From assembly GCA_023382385.1 (NCBI GenBank), contig JAHDVH010000003.1:278806-342805 (forward strand): a stretch of DNA of 64,000 nt. Reading direction: 5' to 3'. This DNA comes from a bacterium (GTDB lineage Bacteria > Electryoneota > RPQS01). How positions within the stretch are numbered: position 1 is the stretch's first letter; every line of letters begins with the position of its first letter. This document shows, one piece after another, positions 20,258 through 30,375 of the stretch. The notes beneath the pieces are model-generated. The model was not told where the DNA came from. It was given only the letters and a program-made list of their open reading frames with translations, and ran no database searches. The translations under genes and the position numbers were made by a program.

Positions 20258-21868
20258 CTACATGCGGTAGACACCCGGCTGATACTCTGGTACCGGTGCA
20301 TTGGCGGACATGGCGATACCGAGACCAATCGCGTCACGGGTGGACAAAGGATCCAGTATGCCGTCATCCCAAAGGCGTGCTGTTGAGTAATAGGGATTCC
20401 CCTCGCGCTCGTATTGCTCAAGCACTGGCTTGCGAATGTTCTCGGCGGCTTCGTCTGAAAGAGTCTGCCCCTTCGCCTCCAATTGCTCACGTTTGACTTG
20501 AACCAACACGTCTGCAGCCTGTTGTGACCCCATAACGCTTATTCGAGAATGCGGCCACATCCAGAGAAGCCGAGGACTATAGCCCCTTCCACACATGGCA
20601 TAATTCCCCGCACCCGCCGAGGAGCCTATCACCACGGAAAACTTTGGAACATTGGCGCATGCAACCGCGTGCACCATTTTTGCTCCATCTGAAGCGATTG
20701 CCCCGTGCTCGTATTCTTTGCCGACAATAAAGCCGGTAATGTTTTGAAGGAACACCAGTGGGATCTTACGTAGACAACACAGCTCGATGAAGTGTGCACC
20801 TTTCTTGGCAGACTCTCCGAACAGAACGCCGTTATTCGCAATGATCCCGACAAGATAGCCGTGAATCCGTGCAAACCCGCATATCAAAGTTGTTCCATAA
20901 CGAGCTTTGAATTCCTGAAAGCGAGATCCGTCCACGATGCGGGCGATGACTTCCTTCATGTTGAACGGTTTGCGCACGTCCACCGGGACAAGTCCGAGCA
21001 ACTCTTTAGGATCGTAGTAGGGTTCTTCCGGCGAAGTCTGATCAAACTCGAATTTCGGCCTTGGACCAAGCGATTCAATAATCGAACGCGCAATGTCGAG
21101 CGCATGCGCATCGTTCTCGGCAAAGTGATCGGCAACTCCGGATACCCGAGTATGAACGTCCGCACCACCAAGCTCCTCAGCGGTGACTTCGATGCCAGTC
21201 GCTGCTTTAACGAGAGGGGGTCCTCCAATAAAAATCGTACCGGTTCCCTTTACGATCACGGTTTCGTCTGACATCGCGGGTACATATGCGCCACCCGCCG
21301 TACACGATCCCATGACGATTGCGACTTGCGGAATTCTCTGTGCGCTTAAATTTGCCTGATTGAAGAAGATCCGCCCGAAATGGTCGCGGTCGGCGAAAGT
21401 TCCCGCCTGCTCAGGCAGAAAGATACCCCCCGAGTCCACCAGATAGACGCAGGGCAGATGGTTGTGCAGCGCTATTTCCTGTGCCCGCAGGTGTTTCTTG
21501 ATCGTCATCGGGAAATACGTTCCCCCCTTGACGGTAGCGTCATTTGCTACCACGAGAACCTCGCGGCCATGCACAACACCAATCCCTGTCACGATTCCCG
21601 CTCCGGGCGCTTCATCTCCGTACATTCCAATGGCCGCAAGGGGGCTTAGCTCGAGAAAGGGAGAATGAGGGTCGAATAGGCGATTTAGCCGCTCGCGAAC
21701 AGGCAACTTGCCGCGTTCAACGTGACGATCGATATGCTGCTGAGGTCCGCCGGCCGGGAAAAGCAAGTTCAGCTTGGCGCGCAATTCGTCGACGAGCGCA
21801 CTCATCGCCTTCGCGTTTTCAGCAAAGCCCGGGTCGGAGGTGCGAATGTTGGTCGAAAGCCGTTTCAA
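20258..21868 (-). CDS. Methylcrotonyl-CoA (acyl-CoA) carboxylase carboxyltransferase beta subunit
   Basis: 536 aa. Carboxyltransferase N- and C-subdomains. Sequence matches the PccB/MccB/AccD5 family throughout. Confidence 0.9.
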   Translation of the reverse strand: MKRLSTNIRTSDPGFAENAKAMSALVDELRAKLNLLFPAGGPQQHIDRHVERGKLPVRERLNRLFDPHSPFLELSPLAAIGMYGDEAPGAGIVTGIGVVHGREVLVVANDATVKGGTYFPMTIKKHLRAQEIALHNHLPCVYLVDSGGIFLPEQAGTFADRDHFGRIFFNQANLSAQRIPQVAIVMGSCTAGGAYVPAMSDETVIVKGTGTIFIGGPPLVKAATGIEVTAEELGGADVHTRVSGVADHFAENDAHALDIARSIIESLGPRPKFEFDQTSPEEPYYDPKELLGLVPVDVRKPFNMKEVIARIVDGSRFQEFKARYGTTLICGFARIHGYLVGIIANNGVLFGESAKKGAHFIELCCLRKIPLVFLQNITGFIVGKEYEHGAIASDGAKMVHAVACANVPKFSVVIGSSAGAGNYAMCGRGYSPRLLWMWPHSRISVMGSQQAADVLVQVKREQLEAKGQTLSDEAAENIRKPVLEQYEREGNPYYSTARLWDDGILDPLSTRDAIGLGIAMSANAPVPEYQPGVYRM

Positions 21869-21883
21869 TGAGCGCCTGTGGAA

Positions 21884-22750
21884 TCAGTTTGCTTCGTTGG
21901 ACTTGCGAATCGTAATTGTCCCATTGGCCGTGCTACAGTCTACCTTGTGTTGGCCACCATTGACTATGAGTTCCAAGTTCTCGCCTATTATGCCGCCATC
22001 GTTGGCGTCGCCCCAGTCTGTCTTAATGGACCCCTTGACCATGGAACTTCCTTTAATAGTGAAGCTTGACGATTCCGGCACGGCGATGTCAATCTCACCA
22101 TTTGCGGTCGATGCGAAAATATCTCCGGCAAGCTGCTTCAGGATTCTGACAGACGCTCTGCCATTCGCTGTGCTCACATGGCAGCTGCCATGCAAATCTG
22201 AGGCTTGGATCGCGACTTTGCCGTTGGCGCACGAAGCATCAAGTCGTCCAGTGACGTTGGCGTCACTGATAAAATGGATTTCTCCGTTCGCGCAAGACAA
22301 CTCTGCATCGCTCGTCATCTCGCGCACGTTGAGAGTTCCATTTGCGCAGGAGCCTTGCAGTTTCACGGTGCCCGGAGCTCTTACATCAAAATCAAGATTC
22401 GCAACAACGTCTGCGAGGTCTTTCGCAAATTTGGGATACACACCAGCGATCCTGACTTCTGCGCCCTCTTTCCTTACTGTGGGCTTTAGCCCCTCGAGAT
22501 ATCTTTGCCCTTCCTCAAGGTCTTGTGCGCGGACCTCAACGTAAGCGACCACGGAAATCGCTTGACGTTCTTCACCGCTCAGATCAAGTCTTCCATTGAC
22601 CAATTCGCAGGCGAGAAACTTTACGCCCGCGGCCGATTCTTCAAATCGGACGGTATCCCGATAGACATACTCATTGCCTTCCTTTACGAATTCTGCGGCA
22701 AGCAGCTGCGAACAAAGGAGTGCAATACCAAGCGTGACGAAAGTCTTCAT
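21884..22750 (-). CDS. Secreted DUF4097-like (putative adhesin) repeat protein
   Basis: Signal peptide MKTFVTLGIALLCSQLLAAEF. Repeated SCANG.../STANG... beta-strand repeats typical of DUF4097/YvlB-like proteins. ORF track start at 22822 is probably a spurious extension. Confidence 0.6.
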   Translation of the reverse strand: MKTFVTLGIALLCSQLLAAEFVKEGNEYVYRDTVRFEESAAGVKFLACELVNGRLDLSGEERQAISVVAYVEVRAQDLEEGQRYLEGLKPTVRKEGAEVRIAGVYPKFAKDLADVVANLDFDVRAPGTVKLQGSCANGTLNVREMTSDAELSCANGEIHFISDANVTGRLDASCANGKVAIQASDLHGSCHVSTANGRASVRILKQLAGDIFASTANGEIDIAVPESSSFTIKGSSMVKGSIKTDWGDANDGGIIGENLELIVNGGQHKVDCSTANGTITIRKSNEAN

Positions 22751-22763
22751 GAAAAATCCCGAC

Positions 22764-23552
22764 TTATCGACTGGTTGGGAGCGGTACTTCAAATCTGGGT
22801 TCAACATCAACCGCACGGTCACGCAAGTTTAAGCAATGCGTCCCGTACCCCAAGCGCACGAGACCAAGTGGTGGGATTCCCGTACTACGATAGGCGACCA
22901 CCTTCGCGCCCTCTGCGCCGGACCCCCGGTACACAGTCACTGGAAATGTGCCGGAATAGAGTTTTAATTCTGTCTTCTCTCCGGGTCGCGGCTGATCAAG
23001 CCGATCATCATCAAATACACTCTGCGGCAAGACGAAGCTGACATTGGAGAATGGCTCTTTGTTCATCCGCCAAAGTCCGCGATAAACCTCGCCAATCTTC
23101 TCCCCGCGTTCTACAACAAGATCGAAGTCCACGCTTGGTCGATCGGTCTCGAGGCTCTTGTAGGTTGCTTGCAGCCAAGCGGCATTCTTGCCCATCCAGG
23201 ATACGCCACCGTGATATGTGATCGAAAGATGAGCAATGACAGGGCCGAATGGACCGGTAGACTCTTTCCATTCCGTCAATGCATAGACCGCCATTACGCC
23301 TGACACCTCGTCATCAAGAAATCCGCGATACAGCAGGTGACGAACCCACGTCAACGCCTGGGAACGAAGTCGTGCAGCGGGATCATCTTGTACCGCCTCT
23401 TCCTGAACAGGCTGTGGTATGGAGTCAGTCCGCAGCGTATCGACGACCAGCGTGTCTAACTGCGCAGGCTCCAAGCTGTACGGATACTGTGCAAACGCAA
23501 CGGTTGCAATGAACAGCCACAGAGCAAGTATTTGAGTGCAACGGCTACGCAA
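22764..23552 (-). CDS. Secreted hypothetical protein
   Basis: 262 aa with N-terminal signal peptide (ILALWLFIATVAFAQ). No recognisable domain. Confidence 0.5.
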   Translation of the reverse strand: MRSRCTQILALWLFIATVAFAQYPYSLEPAQLDTLVVDTLRTDSIPQPVQEEAVQDDPAARLRSQALTWVRHLLYRGFLDDEVSGVMAVYALTEWKESTGPFGPVIAHLSITYHGGVSWMGKNAAWLQATYKSLETDRPSVDFDLVVERGEKIGEVYRGLWRMNKEPFSNVSFVLPQSVFDDDRLDQPRPGEKTELKLYSGTFPVTVYRGSGAEGAKVVAYRSTGIPPLGLVRLGYGTHCLNLRDRAVDVEPRFEVPLPTSR

Positions 23553-23554
23553 TC

Positions 23555-24025
23555 TTAGAACGTCGCGTTTCTTGTATTCTTTATGAGCACTTCGGTCATC
23601 TTTTTCGGCTCGACCACAACGGCTCCCTGAACCCCGTCACCGTCCCATCCGTTTGCGTACCAGCTGTCCCCGTCCTCAACGAAGAGGCTGTACTTTCCCT
23701 CTGAAACGGGGATAGTGAATCGCCCTTTTTCATCACAAACCGTCTCGGCAACCAGCGGAGAAGCAATGGAATCAGCGCTCACCCCCGGGAGTCCCTTTAC
23801 CGGCTCATGTAGCCTGACACGCAGTCCCGCACCGGGTTTAATCTGATTATTGCGCCTTGCCTCATCCACCGGCGGCATGAAATTGCCCTCCCAAATCTCG
23901 ACGCGACCCGTTACACCACTTATCGGCGCAGGCGCGTCCTGATTCTTAGCCTCGCGTCGTCCCATCCCAATTACGCTGGCAGCCAATAGAAACATGGCCA
24001 CGATCTTTAATGGTCTCTTGCTCAT
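23555..24025 (-). CDS. Secreted hypothetical protein with a carboxypeptidase-regulatory-like (beta-sandwich) domain
   Basis: 156 aa. Signal peptide. GVTGRVEIWEG...GRFTIPVSEGKYSLFVE pattern resembles CarbopepD_reg-like domains. Confidence 0.45.
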   Translation of the reverse strand: MSKRPLKIVAMFLLAASVIGMGRREAKNQDAPAPISGVTGRVEIWEGNFMPPVDEARRNNQIKPGAGLRVRLHEPVKGLPGVSADSIASPLVAETVCDEKGRFTIPVSEGKYSLFVEDGDSWYANGWDGDGVQGAVVVEPKKMTEVLIKNTRNATF

Positions 24026-25719
24026 CGCAGGTCCTTAATGCGGAGTTGCGTCGTCTTGCGATTCTGGTATTCGTTCTCTTCAATTACGTATACCATCTCG
24101 AACTCACGGCGGCCATTCATAAAACGATCGATTCGCTCTCCAAGATTGAATCCGATGGCCTCGAATTGCAGACCGTTTTGTGTTGCTACTAACTTTAGAT
24201 GGTTCTGGCCAACAATGCGGGGAGGATATGCCGTCCCGAGGTCCCGAGTTACAAATGTCGGACGTGTATTCTGAGGTCCGAATGGTTCAAAACGTTTCAA
24301 TGTTTGAACAACTTCGGGTGTTATCTCGTCCAGCGAGATTTCGCTCTCGATCCGCACCTTGCGCACCAGGTCGTCTTCAGTCATCAGGTCTCTGCAGGCT
24401 TCCTCGAATCGCTGCTTGAATGCGGAAATATTCTCTGCGGGAATTGTGAGACCCGCAGCATATTTATGTCCGCCGAACTGTTCGAGCAAATCTGAGCACG
24501 CCTTCAGCGCATTGAATATATCGAAATTGGATACCGAACGAGCGGAACCTTTCCCCATACCGTTCTCGACTGAAATCATGACCGTTGGACGATAGAATCG
24601 TTCGATGAGTCTCGACGCCACGATTCCAATAACACCTGAATGCCAGCCTTCCCGAGATAGCACAATCGAGTGACGCTCCTGCGGGTTCATCGTATACCGG
24701 ATTTCCTCAAGCGCCTGACTGAGCGTATCGTTGTCGATTTCCTTGCGGCGGCGATTCTCCTGCTCCAAGACTTGAGCTACCTCACGTGCCTGCTGGGCAT
24801 CGCGCGTAGTTAGGAGCTGCACGGCTCGCATTGCGCTTCCCATGCGACCAACCGCATTGATCCGCGGAGCAATATTGAAGACTATCTGCCCGACATCAAT
24901 CTTACCCCCTCGCACTCCCGCTGACTCAATCAGGCTCGCGAGTCCCACTTCCGGAGAGACATTGAGCTTCTCAAGCCCCTCTTTTACCAGCACCCGATTC
25001 TCATCAATCAAAGGAACGATGTCCGCAGCGGTCCCGAGTGCCACAAGGTCTATGTAGCGGAAAGCGTAATCCGAATCGAGGCCGAGAGTCTTGGTAATGC
25101 CTTGTGCGAGCTTGAACGTCACCCCTACGCCGGCGAGTTCGCTGAAGGGGTAACTTGAATCCTTGCACTTTGGGTCAAGCACTGCAAGTGCATCGGGCAT
25201 TTCGTCGGCCGGCTCGTGATGGTCACTTATGATCAAATCGAGGCCGAGCGATTTTGCGTAAAGAGCCTCCGCCACCGATGTGATGCCGCAATCCACGGAG
25301 ATGACCAGATCCGCTCCCTGCTTCTTCACTTCGTCGAGACCGGCCTGCGATATCCCGTAGCCTTCATTCTGCCGATCGGGAATATAGGCCACAACGTCGC
25401 CGCCGAGGTCGCGCAGAAACAAATAGAGCATCGAGACCGAAGTTATCCCGTCTACGTCGTAATCACCGTAAATCGCGATGCGTTCGCGCCCCTGAAGGGC
25501 TTCAATAATGCGATCCACGGCGCGCTCCATACCTGGAAGGAGGAATGGATCGTGCAGCTGCGAGGGCGATGGATTGAAAAATCTATCCACCGCATCAGGT
25601 GTGTCCATTCCGCGATTCAATAGAATCCGCGCAATGGTATAGGGGACTTTGGCTTGTCGGCTTAAGCGCTCGATCTCCTCATGTGGCCGACTCTCCACCA
25701 TTTCCCATTTGGGTTGCAT
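24022..25719 (-). CDS. recJ: Single-stranded-DNA-specific exonuclease RecJ
   Basis: 565 aa. DHH motifs (IYGDYDVDGITS, DHH at ...IISDHHEP...) and DHHA1 C-terminal domain. Confidence 0.9.
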   Translation of the reverse strand: MQPKWEMVESRPHEEIERLSRQAKVPYTIARILLNRGMDTPDAVDRFFNPSPSQLHDPFLLPGMERAVDRIIEALQGRERIAIYGDYDVDGITSVSMLYLFLRDLGGDVVAYIPDRQNEGYGISQAGLDEVKKQGADLVISVDCGITSVAEALYAKSLGLDLIISDHHEPADEMPDALAVLDPKCKDSSYPFSELAGVGVTFKLAQGITKTLGLDSDYAFRYIDLVALGTAADIVPLIDENRVLVKEGLEKLNVSPEVGLASLIESAGVRGGKIDVGQIVFNIAPRINAVGRMGSAMRAVQLLTTRDAQQAREVAQVLEQENRRRKEIDNDTLSQALEEIRYTMNPQERHSIVLSREGWHSGVIGIVASRLIERFYRPTVMISVENGMGKGSARSVSNFDIFNALKACSDLLEQFGGHKYAAGLTIPAENISAFKQRFEEACRDLMTEDDLVRKVRIESEISLDEITPEVVQTLKRFEPFGPQNTRPTFVTRDLGTAYPPRIVGQNHLKLVATQNGLQFEAIGFNLGERIDRFMNGRREFEMVYVIEENEYQNRKTTQLRIKDLR

Positions 25720-25820
25720 GGTTATTCCTGTATGTCATATAAACAAAAATCTTGGTTGAGTGTTGGTTACTCGTTCCGTGGTTTGCGACGAGACGTCGAA
25801 AACTGTGTCCAAAAAAAAAT

Positions 25821-26170
25821 GGGGTTCGCCTGTAAGCCGAATTCTGTACCCTTGCGGGTGGTGATCATCTGTCTGGGTTGATGATTACTCATCACCTCGG
25901 GCGGCCTACCCACCGGATCCTATGCTCCGCGAGCAACGGAGACTCCCGGCATACTTGGCCTTGCTTCGAGCGGGGTTTTCCCTGCCGCATCCATTACTGA
26001 ATGCGCGGTGCGCTCTTACCGCACCATTTCACCCTTACCCTTGCGGGCGGTGTATTTTCTGTGGCACTTTCCGTTGCGTTGCCACACCCGGCTGTTAGCC
26101 GGCGCTCTGCTCTATGAAGTTCGGACTTTCCTCGCCTGACAAGTCAGGCGCGATCACCCGGCGAACCCTG
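25821..26170 (-). ncRNA. rnpB: RNase P RNA (bacterial type A), ~350 nt
   Basis: The minus-strand transcript contains universal RNase P RNA motifs. These are GAGGAAAGUCCGAAC (P4 5' strand), CAGAGCGCCGGCUAACAGCCGGGUG, GGUAAGGGUGAAAUGGUGCGGUAAGAGCGCACC (P10-P12 region), CAGGGAAAACCCCGCUCG, AGCAAGGCCAAGUAUGCCGG and ACAGAAUUCGGCUUA (P4 3' strand). The P1 helix is 5' GGGUUCGCC / 3' GGCGAACCC, followed by a U9 run. Confidence 0.9.
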
Positions 26171-26179
26171 CAATCTTAC

Positions 26180-26632
26180 TCATCGCTTTTCCGCGTCATC
26201 CAAGGCCCGGTTAACCAACTTGTCGGCGTCCTTATTTTCTTCCCTGCGAACATGCCGGATGCGCGGAGTCAGGCCGTTTAGCAACTTCTTCTTCTGCTGG
26301 ACTTCGCTGTTCAGTTCCTGCAAGCGTGGTTCCTTGATCTTCCACTCTCCCAGTACCTGGTTGACGATTAGCAGACTGTCACACGCGATTCGAAGGACCG
26401 ATGCTCCGCTGCCTTTGATCAGAGGGTTGGCGGCGCAGACTTCCAGCAGTCTTATCAGCGCACGATACTCCGCTTCGTTGTTTGTCGCGCGGCCAATGTA
26501 GGAACCTTCTTCATAGAGAAGTGTGCCGTTGTCGTCATGAACAACGACTCCGATTGCCGCCGGGCCGGGATTGCCGCGCGCGCCGCCGTCAATGTGCGCG
26601 TGAAGTTCGATGGAAGACTTACCCAAGTGCAT
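26180..26632 (-). CDS. rnhA: Ribonuclease HI
   Basis: 150 aa. HIDGGARGNPGPAAIGVV...TNNEAEYRALI... RNase H catalytic DEDD pattern. Stop codon lies 9 nt before the rnpB 5' end. Confidence 0.85.
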   Translation of the reverse strand: MHLGKSSIELHAHIDGGARGNPGPAAIGVVVHDDNGTLLYEEGSYIGRATNNEAEYRALIRLLEVCAANPLIKGSGASVLRIACDSLLIVNQVLGEWKIKEPRLQELNSEVQQKKKLLNGLTPRIRHVRREENKDADKLVNRALDDAEKR

Positions 26633-26658
26633 GCGCGCTACGACGATTTCGACGGAGG

Positions 26659-27399
26659 CTAATCGAGATCAGCAGGGGCGACAAATCGGCCACACGCCTC
26701 ACAGGCATAAATATCCCGCGATTGGCGGATCACGACCTGAGTCTGCGGTGGAATCAAGGCAAAGCAACCGCCGCAGGCCTCACCAACGAGAACCGCGATG
26801 CCGCGACCGTCCTTCGCATCCCGAATGCGCTCATAATGAGCAAGCAGCCGCGGATTGATGCTTTGAGCAAATCCTGCCCGACGCTCGAGAAGACTTCTCT
26901 CTTCTCCCTCAGTCTCTTTCAACTTCTGCTCAAGCTCTACCTCGCGCGCCACTTTGTCTGACTTCAATTGCTCCAGCTCAGCTTGCTTGTCCTCGACCAC
27001 TTGAGCCAGTTCGATGGCCCGTTCTGTGTTCGTCGAAATCAGCAACTCAAACTCCGCAATCTCCCGCCTTGCAGTATCCTGCTCAAGCGTGATTGCGTCG
27101 TACTCGCGAGTCGTGGTCACAGCATAAAGCTGTTGCTGATACTTGGCCAGCAAGTCTCTCGCAGTAGCCAACTTATGGCCGCTCTCGCCAGCTACCCTCT
27201 CTGCCTTCTTGCGTTCCTCTTCTTTAGCGGTGATGTACTCCTCGTACTCTGCGATTTGAGCCGCCAAGGCTTCCACCTGTTCTGGTAGTCCTCCGCGCTC
27301 CTCCGCAATGTCCGCCAATTCTAAATCAATCTCCTGAATCTCGGTCAGCGCCTTGAGCGTCTGCCGAACTTCCTCGGGCGTTGCTTCCTGAATGATCAC
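26659..27399 (-). CDS. COG1579-type coiled-coil protein with a C-terminal C4 zinc ribbon
   Basis: 246 aa. Long coiled coil followed by ...CGGCFALIPPQ...YACEACGRF.... The same COG1579-rnhA adjacency occurs in actinobacteria (Rv2229c-Rv2228c). Confidence 0.7.
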   Translation of the reverse strand: MIIQEATPEEVRQTLKALTEIQEIDLELADIAEERGGLPEQVEALAAQIAEYEEYITAKEEERKKAERVAGESGHKLATARDLLAKYQQQLYAVTTTREYDAITLEQDTARREIAEFELLISTNTERAIELAQVVEDKQAELEQLKSDKVAREVELEQKLKETEGEERSLLERRAGFAQSINPRLLAHYERIRDAKDGRGIAVLVGEACGGCFALIPPQTQVVIRQSRDIYACEACGRFVAPADLD

Positions 27400-27595
27400 T
27401 CTTTCTGCCTGCCTTCAACTTCGTGGTGCCCAAAAACGAGAAAAGGTGCGCGAAAACTGGTCCGCACACCCTGTTCGAACTACATTTCCCTGCCCACGTG
27501 CCATAATTCGGTTTCCAACCTGTTTTCCCGACGACAGCGTGGTGCGCAAGACAAGGAACTCCTTTTCATCGCTGATACCGGTGGTTGCCGCACGG

Positions 27596-27668
<73 letters not shown>

Positions 27669-27892
27669 TGCATTCGCCGGCCGCCCCGCGCCTCGTGCAG
27701 GCGATGGCCAGGTTCTGCCTCACACTTCACACAGCTCCGCAGCTCCAAACCAGCGTAGACTCTTAATATACAAACCTCCCGTGACTTGTCAAGCCAAAAT
27801 TCTCACCCATGAGAACACATAAACTTAATTAAATAAATAATTTAGCGCGACAAAGCCCTTCCAGCGAGAGGGAGCCGCACGCTTTTGTTCGC

Positions 27893-28576
27893 TCACAAAT
27901 CATACCTTATGAATAGAGTCGGGTGAAGATACCACTTGTGGTACTCAAAACCGTCCTCTTCAGTATATGCACCCGCGAAATTGCGCGACAGTTCCCACTC
28001 TGTCCCGAATGCAAGGTGCTGATGCCTGTATTGAAACTGAGGCTCGGCTTGAACGGAGACAGGATTGTCGCCGTAATTGTTTGAATTCCAATCCACATAC
28101 CCTAAGAACTCGAATCTGGACTTTTTGATTGGCAGGAACCAGACACCTGTCAACTGCCAGCCCAAGTCTGACGCAAACTCTTGACGCAAAAGAGTTTGCA
28201 ACTCGATTACGGCACTTCCTATTCGCAATTCTGTTAGCGCAAGTCCTGCTAACACCGTGCGGGGAATGAGTTTCCCTCCAGTTTTGTCAAAACCGGTGAC
28301 CCCGTCATTAAACTGGATTGTTGCGTTAAGATCTGTCCGTTTAATCTTTGCAAAAGCGAAATGCCGGGAAACTTCGAAATAGGACTGAGTTTGCCCTGTT
28401 TTCCCGAAATCGAAGTCGGCAAAGAAGAAACTTGAGCCCAGCCGATCTCCGCTCCAAATCTCAACGGTTGACGTGAAGACTTCACGATTGAAGTCACGAT
28501 GAAGCTGGCCGTTCACGAACGTGTCCGCGGCGTGGGCTGCAGCAGCAATCAGGAGACTAAGTGCCATCAGGCGCAT
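27893..28576 (-). CDS. Outer-membrane beta-barrel hypothetical protein
   Basis: 227 aa. Signal peptide MRLMALSLLIAAAAHA. Alternating amphipathic beta strands. C-terminal aromatic residue pattern (...FIRYDL). Confidence 0.5.
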   Translation of the reverse strand: MRLMALSLLIAAAAHAADTFVNGQLHRDFNREVFTSTVEIWSGDRLGSSFFFADFDFGKTGQTQSYFEVSRHFAFAKIKRTDLNATIQFNDGVTGFDKTGGKLIPRTVLAGLALTELRIGSAVIELQTLLRQEFASDLGWQLTGVWFLPIKKSRFEFLGYVDWNSNNYGDNPVSVQAEPQFQYRHQHLAFGTEWELSRNFAGAYTEEDGFEYHKWYLHPTLFIRYDL

Positions 28577-28742
28577 ATCCGGTTTTCCTTGTTAACTTTG
28601 GGCCTTGGAGGTTTTCCGGGACTCTCAAGCGAGGGAGGCAATACATTCATATTAAGATAGTCTGACTTTCACAGATAATCAATCCTTAAAGCATCCGCCT
28701 TGACTATCTCGCTGTCCTGTCTTAAATTGCATTGGTATAGAT

Positions 28743-29432
28743 ATGAAGTTGCTTGTTTTCGACATAGATGGCACCCTAACCCACCTTGACGGCGCGACGC
28801 GCAGAGCTTACTGGCGAGCGTTCCGCGCGGTCTTCGGCGTCGAACCCGTCACGGATGGCGTGTCGATGCACGGCCGGACAGATCCCCTGATCTTCCGCGA
28901 GTGCTTTGAAAGGACAGGTTTGGGCGGAAACTGGCGCAACGCGTATCAGGAGTTTAAACCTCGATATCTCGAGGCGCTTCCAGAATCCATTCGTAATACA
29001 GAGAGGACTCATTTGCACGTCGGTGTGCGTGAGTTGCTTGTTTCCCTTTCAGAGCGTCCGCACGAATTTGCATTAGCTCTCGGCACCGGCAACATGGAAG
29101 CGGGCGCTCGAGTGAAAATCGGCTATTTCGGTCTGAATGACTACTTTCCCGTAGGAGGTTTTGGAGACGAGCACGAAGAGCGTCACTTGATTCTACAGGA
29201 TTCTATCACCGCCTCACATGCCTACTACGGGCGATTGTTTTCGCCGGAAGAGACTTGGGTTATCGGTGACACAGAGCACGACGTTTACGGTGCGCAGCGG
29301 CTCGGCCTGCGCACCCTGGCGGTTGCAACGGGGGGAAAATACTCGGTCGAGATGCTGAAAGCGACAGGTGCGGAAGAGGTTCGCGCAGACTTGAGCGCGA
29401 CGGCGGAATTGCTTGAACTCTTCCGAAACTAA
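28743..29432 (+). CDS. HAD-superfamily hydrolase (phosphatase)
   Basis: N-terminal motif I, FDIDGTL. Downstream HAD motifs (GTGN, GDTEHD). Confidence 0.8.
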   Translation: MKLLVFDIDGTLTHLDGATRRAYWRAFRAVFGVEPVTDGVSMHGRTDPLIFRECFERTGLGGNWRNAYQEFKPRYLEALPESIRNTERTHLHVGVRELLVSLSERPHEFALALGTGNMEAGARVKIGYFGLNDYFPVGGFGDEHEERHLILQDSITASHAYYGRLFSPEETWVIGDTEHDVYGAQRLGLRTLAVATGGKYSVEMLKATGAEEVRADLSATAELLELFRN

Positions 29433-30366
29433 GGCTGTCCTATCCCGCCGGCTGACGCTTTTCCTGCTCATGCTCACTCATGTCGGAGTGACTGGCTTCG
29501 GGTATGTCGTCAACAAGCTTGCGCTTCGCGAGTTCAATCCTTTCGCATATGGATTCTGGCGGTTGCTGATCGGCCTCTTCGGGCTTTCAACATTAGTTAT
29601 TGTCACACGGTCGTGGCCAAGAATCGACAAGGTAGACTGGCCCAGGGTTTTAGTGTTGGCGCTGGTCGCCGTGCCTGTCAACCAGTTGATCTATCTGGTC
29701 GGGATGAGCAAAACCATGCCTTCCCATGCCTCTTTGCTCTATGGCACGACCGCTGTATTTGCGTTGTTTCTGTCTTCCGCTTTGGGCTACGAGCGTATTC
29801 GTCGGCATAAGGTCGTGGCGATCATTATTGCACTTTGCGGACTCGCTTTAGTCGTTACGCAGGGAGGAGCTATTGACACAAGCTCGGATCTGTTCCTGGG
29901 TGACGTCTTGATATTTACAGCTGTGCTGGCTTGGGCAACCTATACCGTGGTCGGCAAGCCTTTGGTCAAGAAATACGGCGCCTTGCCGTCGACATGCGTA
30001 GTATTGATAATCGGATCAATCATCAGCCTGCCGTTCCTGGTAATACCGGCGCGTATGCAGGATTACACAGATATTACGTGGATTGGCTGGGGCGGCACTT
30101 TCTACGCAGGAATTGTGTTGACTGTTCTTGCCTACAATGTCTGGTACAGGATTCTGTCGATGGTCGACCCTTCGCAAGTCGCAATTCTGACTACCCCGCA
30201 ACCGGTGGTCGCAACTACTCTCTCGACCTTTCTTGTCGGTGAAGTTGTCGGCTGGCCGTTAGCACTGGGTGGAGCCCTTGTGATTGCCGGAATTGTGCTT
30301 ATGGACGCTCCTGCCTTCGCGAAGCATGCCGGAAATTTACGAAGAAGAGTCACGGGATTGCAGTAA
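29413..30366 (+). CDS. DMT-superfamily (EamA-like) transporter; real start probably an internal Met
   Basis: Ten predicted TM helices in two EamA repeats. Overlaps the upstream gene at its annotated start. Confidence 0.7.
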   Translation: MNSSETKAVLSRRLTLFLLMLTHVGVTGFGYVVNKLALREFNPFAYGFWRLLIGLFGLSTLVIVTRSWPRIDKVDWPRVLVLALVAVPVNQLIYLVGMSKTMPSHASLLYGTTAVFALFLSSALGYERIRRHKVVAIIIALCGLALVVTQGGAIDTSSDLFLGDVLIFTAVLAWATYTVVGKPLVKKYGALPSTCVVLIIGSIISLPFLVIPARMQDYTDITWIGWGGTFYAGIVLTVLAYNVWYRILSMVDPSQVAILTTPQPVVATTLSTFLVGEVVGWPLALGGALVIAGIVLMDAPAFAKHAGNLRRRVTGLQ

Positions 30367-30375
30367 GAGGTTTGA

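Noticed and set aside
21774-22544. 256-aa plus-strand ORF
   Set aside because: Antisense to the DUF4097 gene. Ser/Ala/Leu-rich composition with no motif. Shadow ORF.
27841-27892. Terminator hairpin after the outer-membrane barrel gene
   Set aside because: Only a 4-bp CCCT/AGGG stem could be drawn. That is too weak to call.
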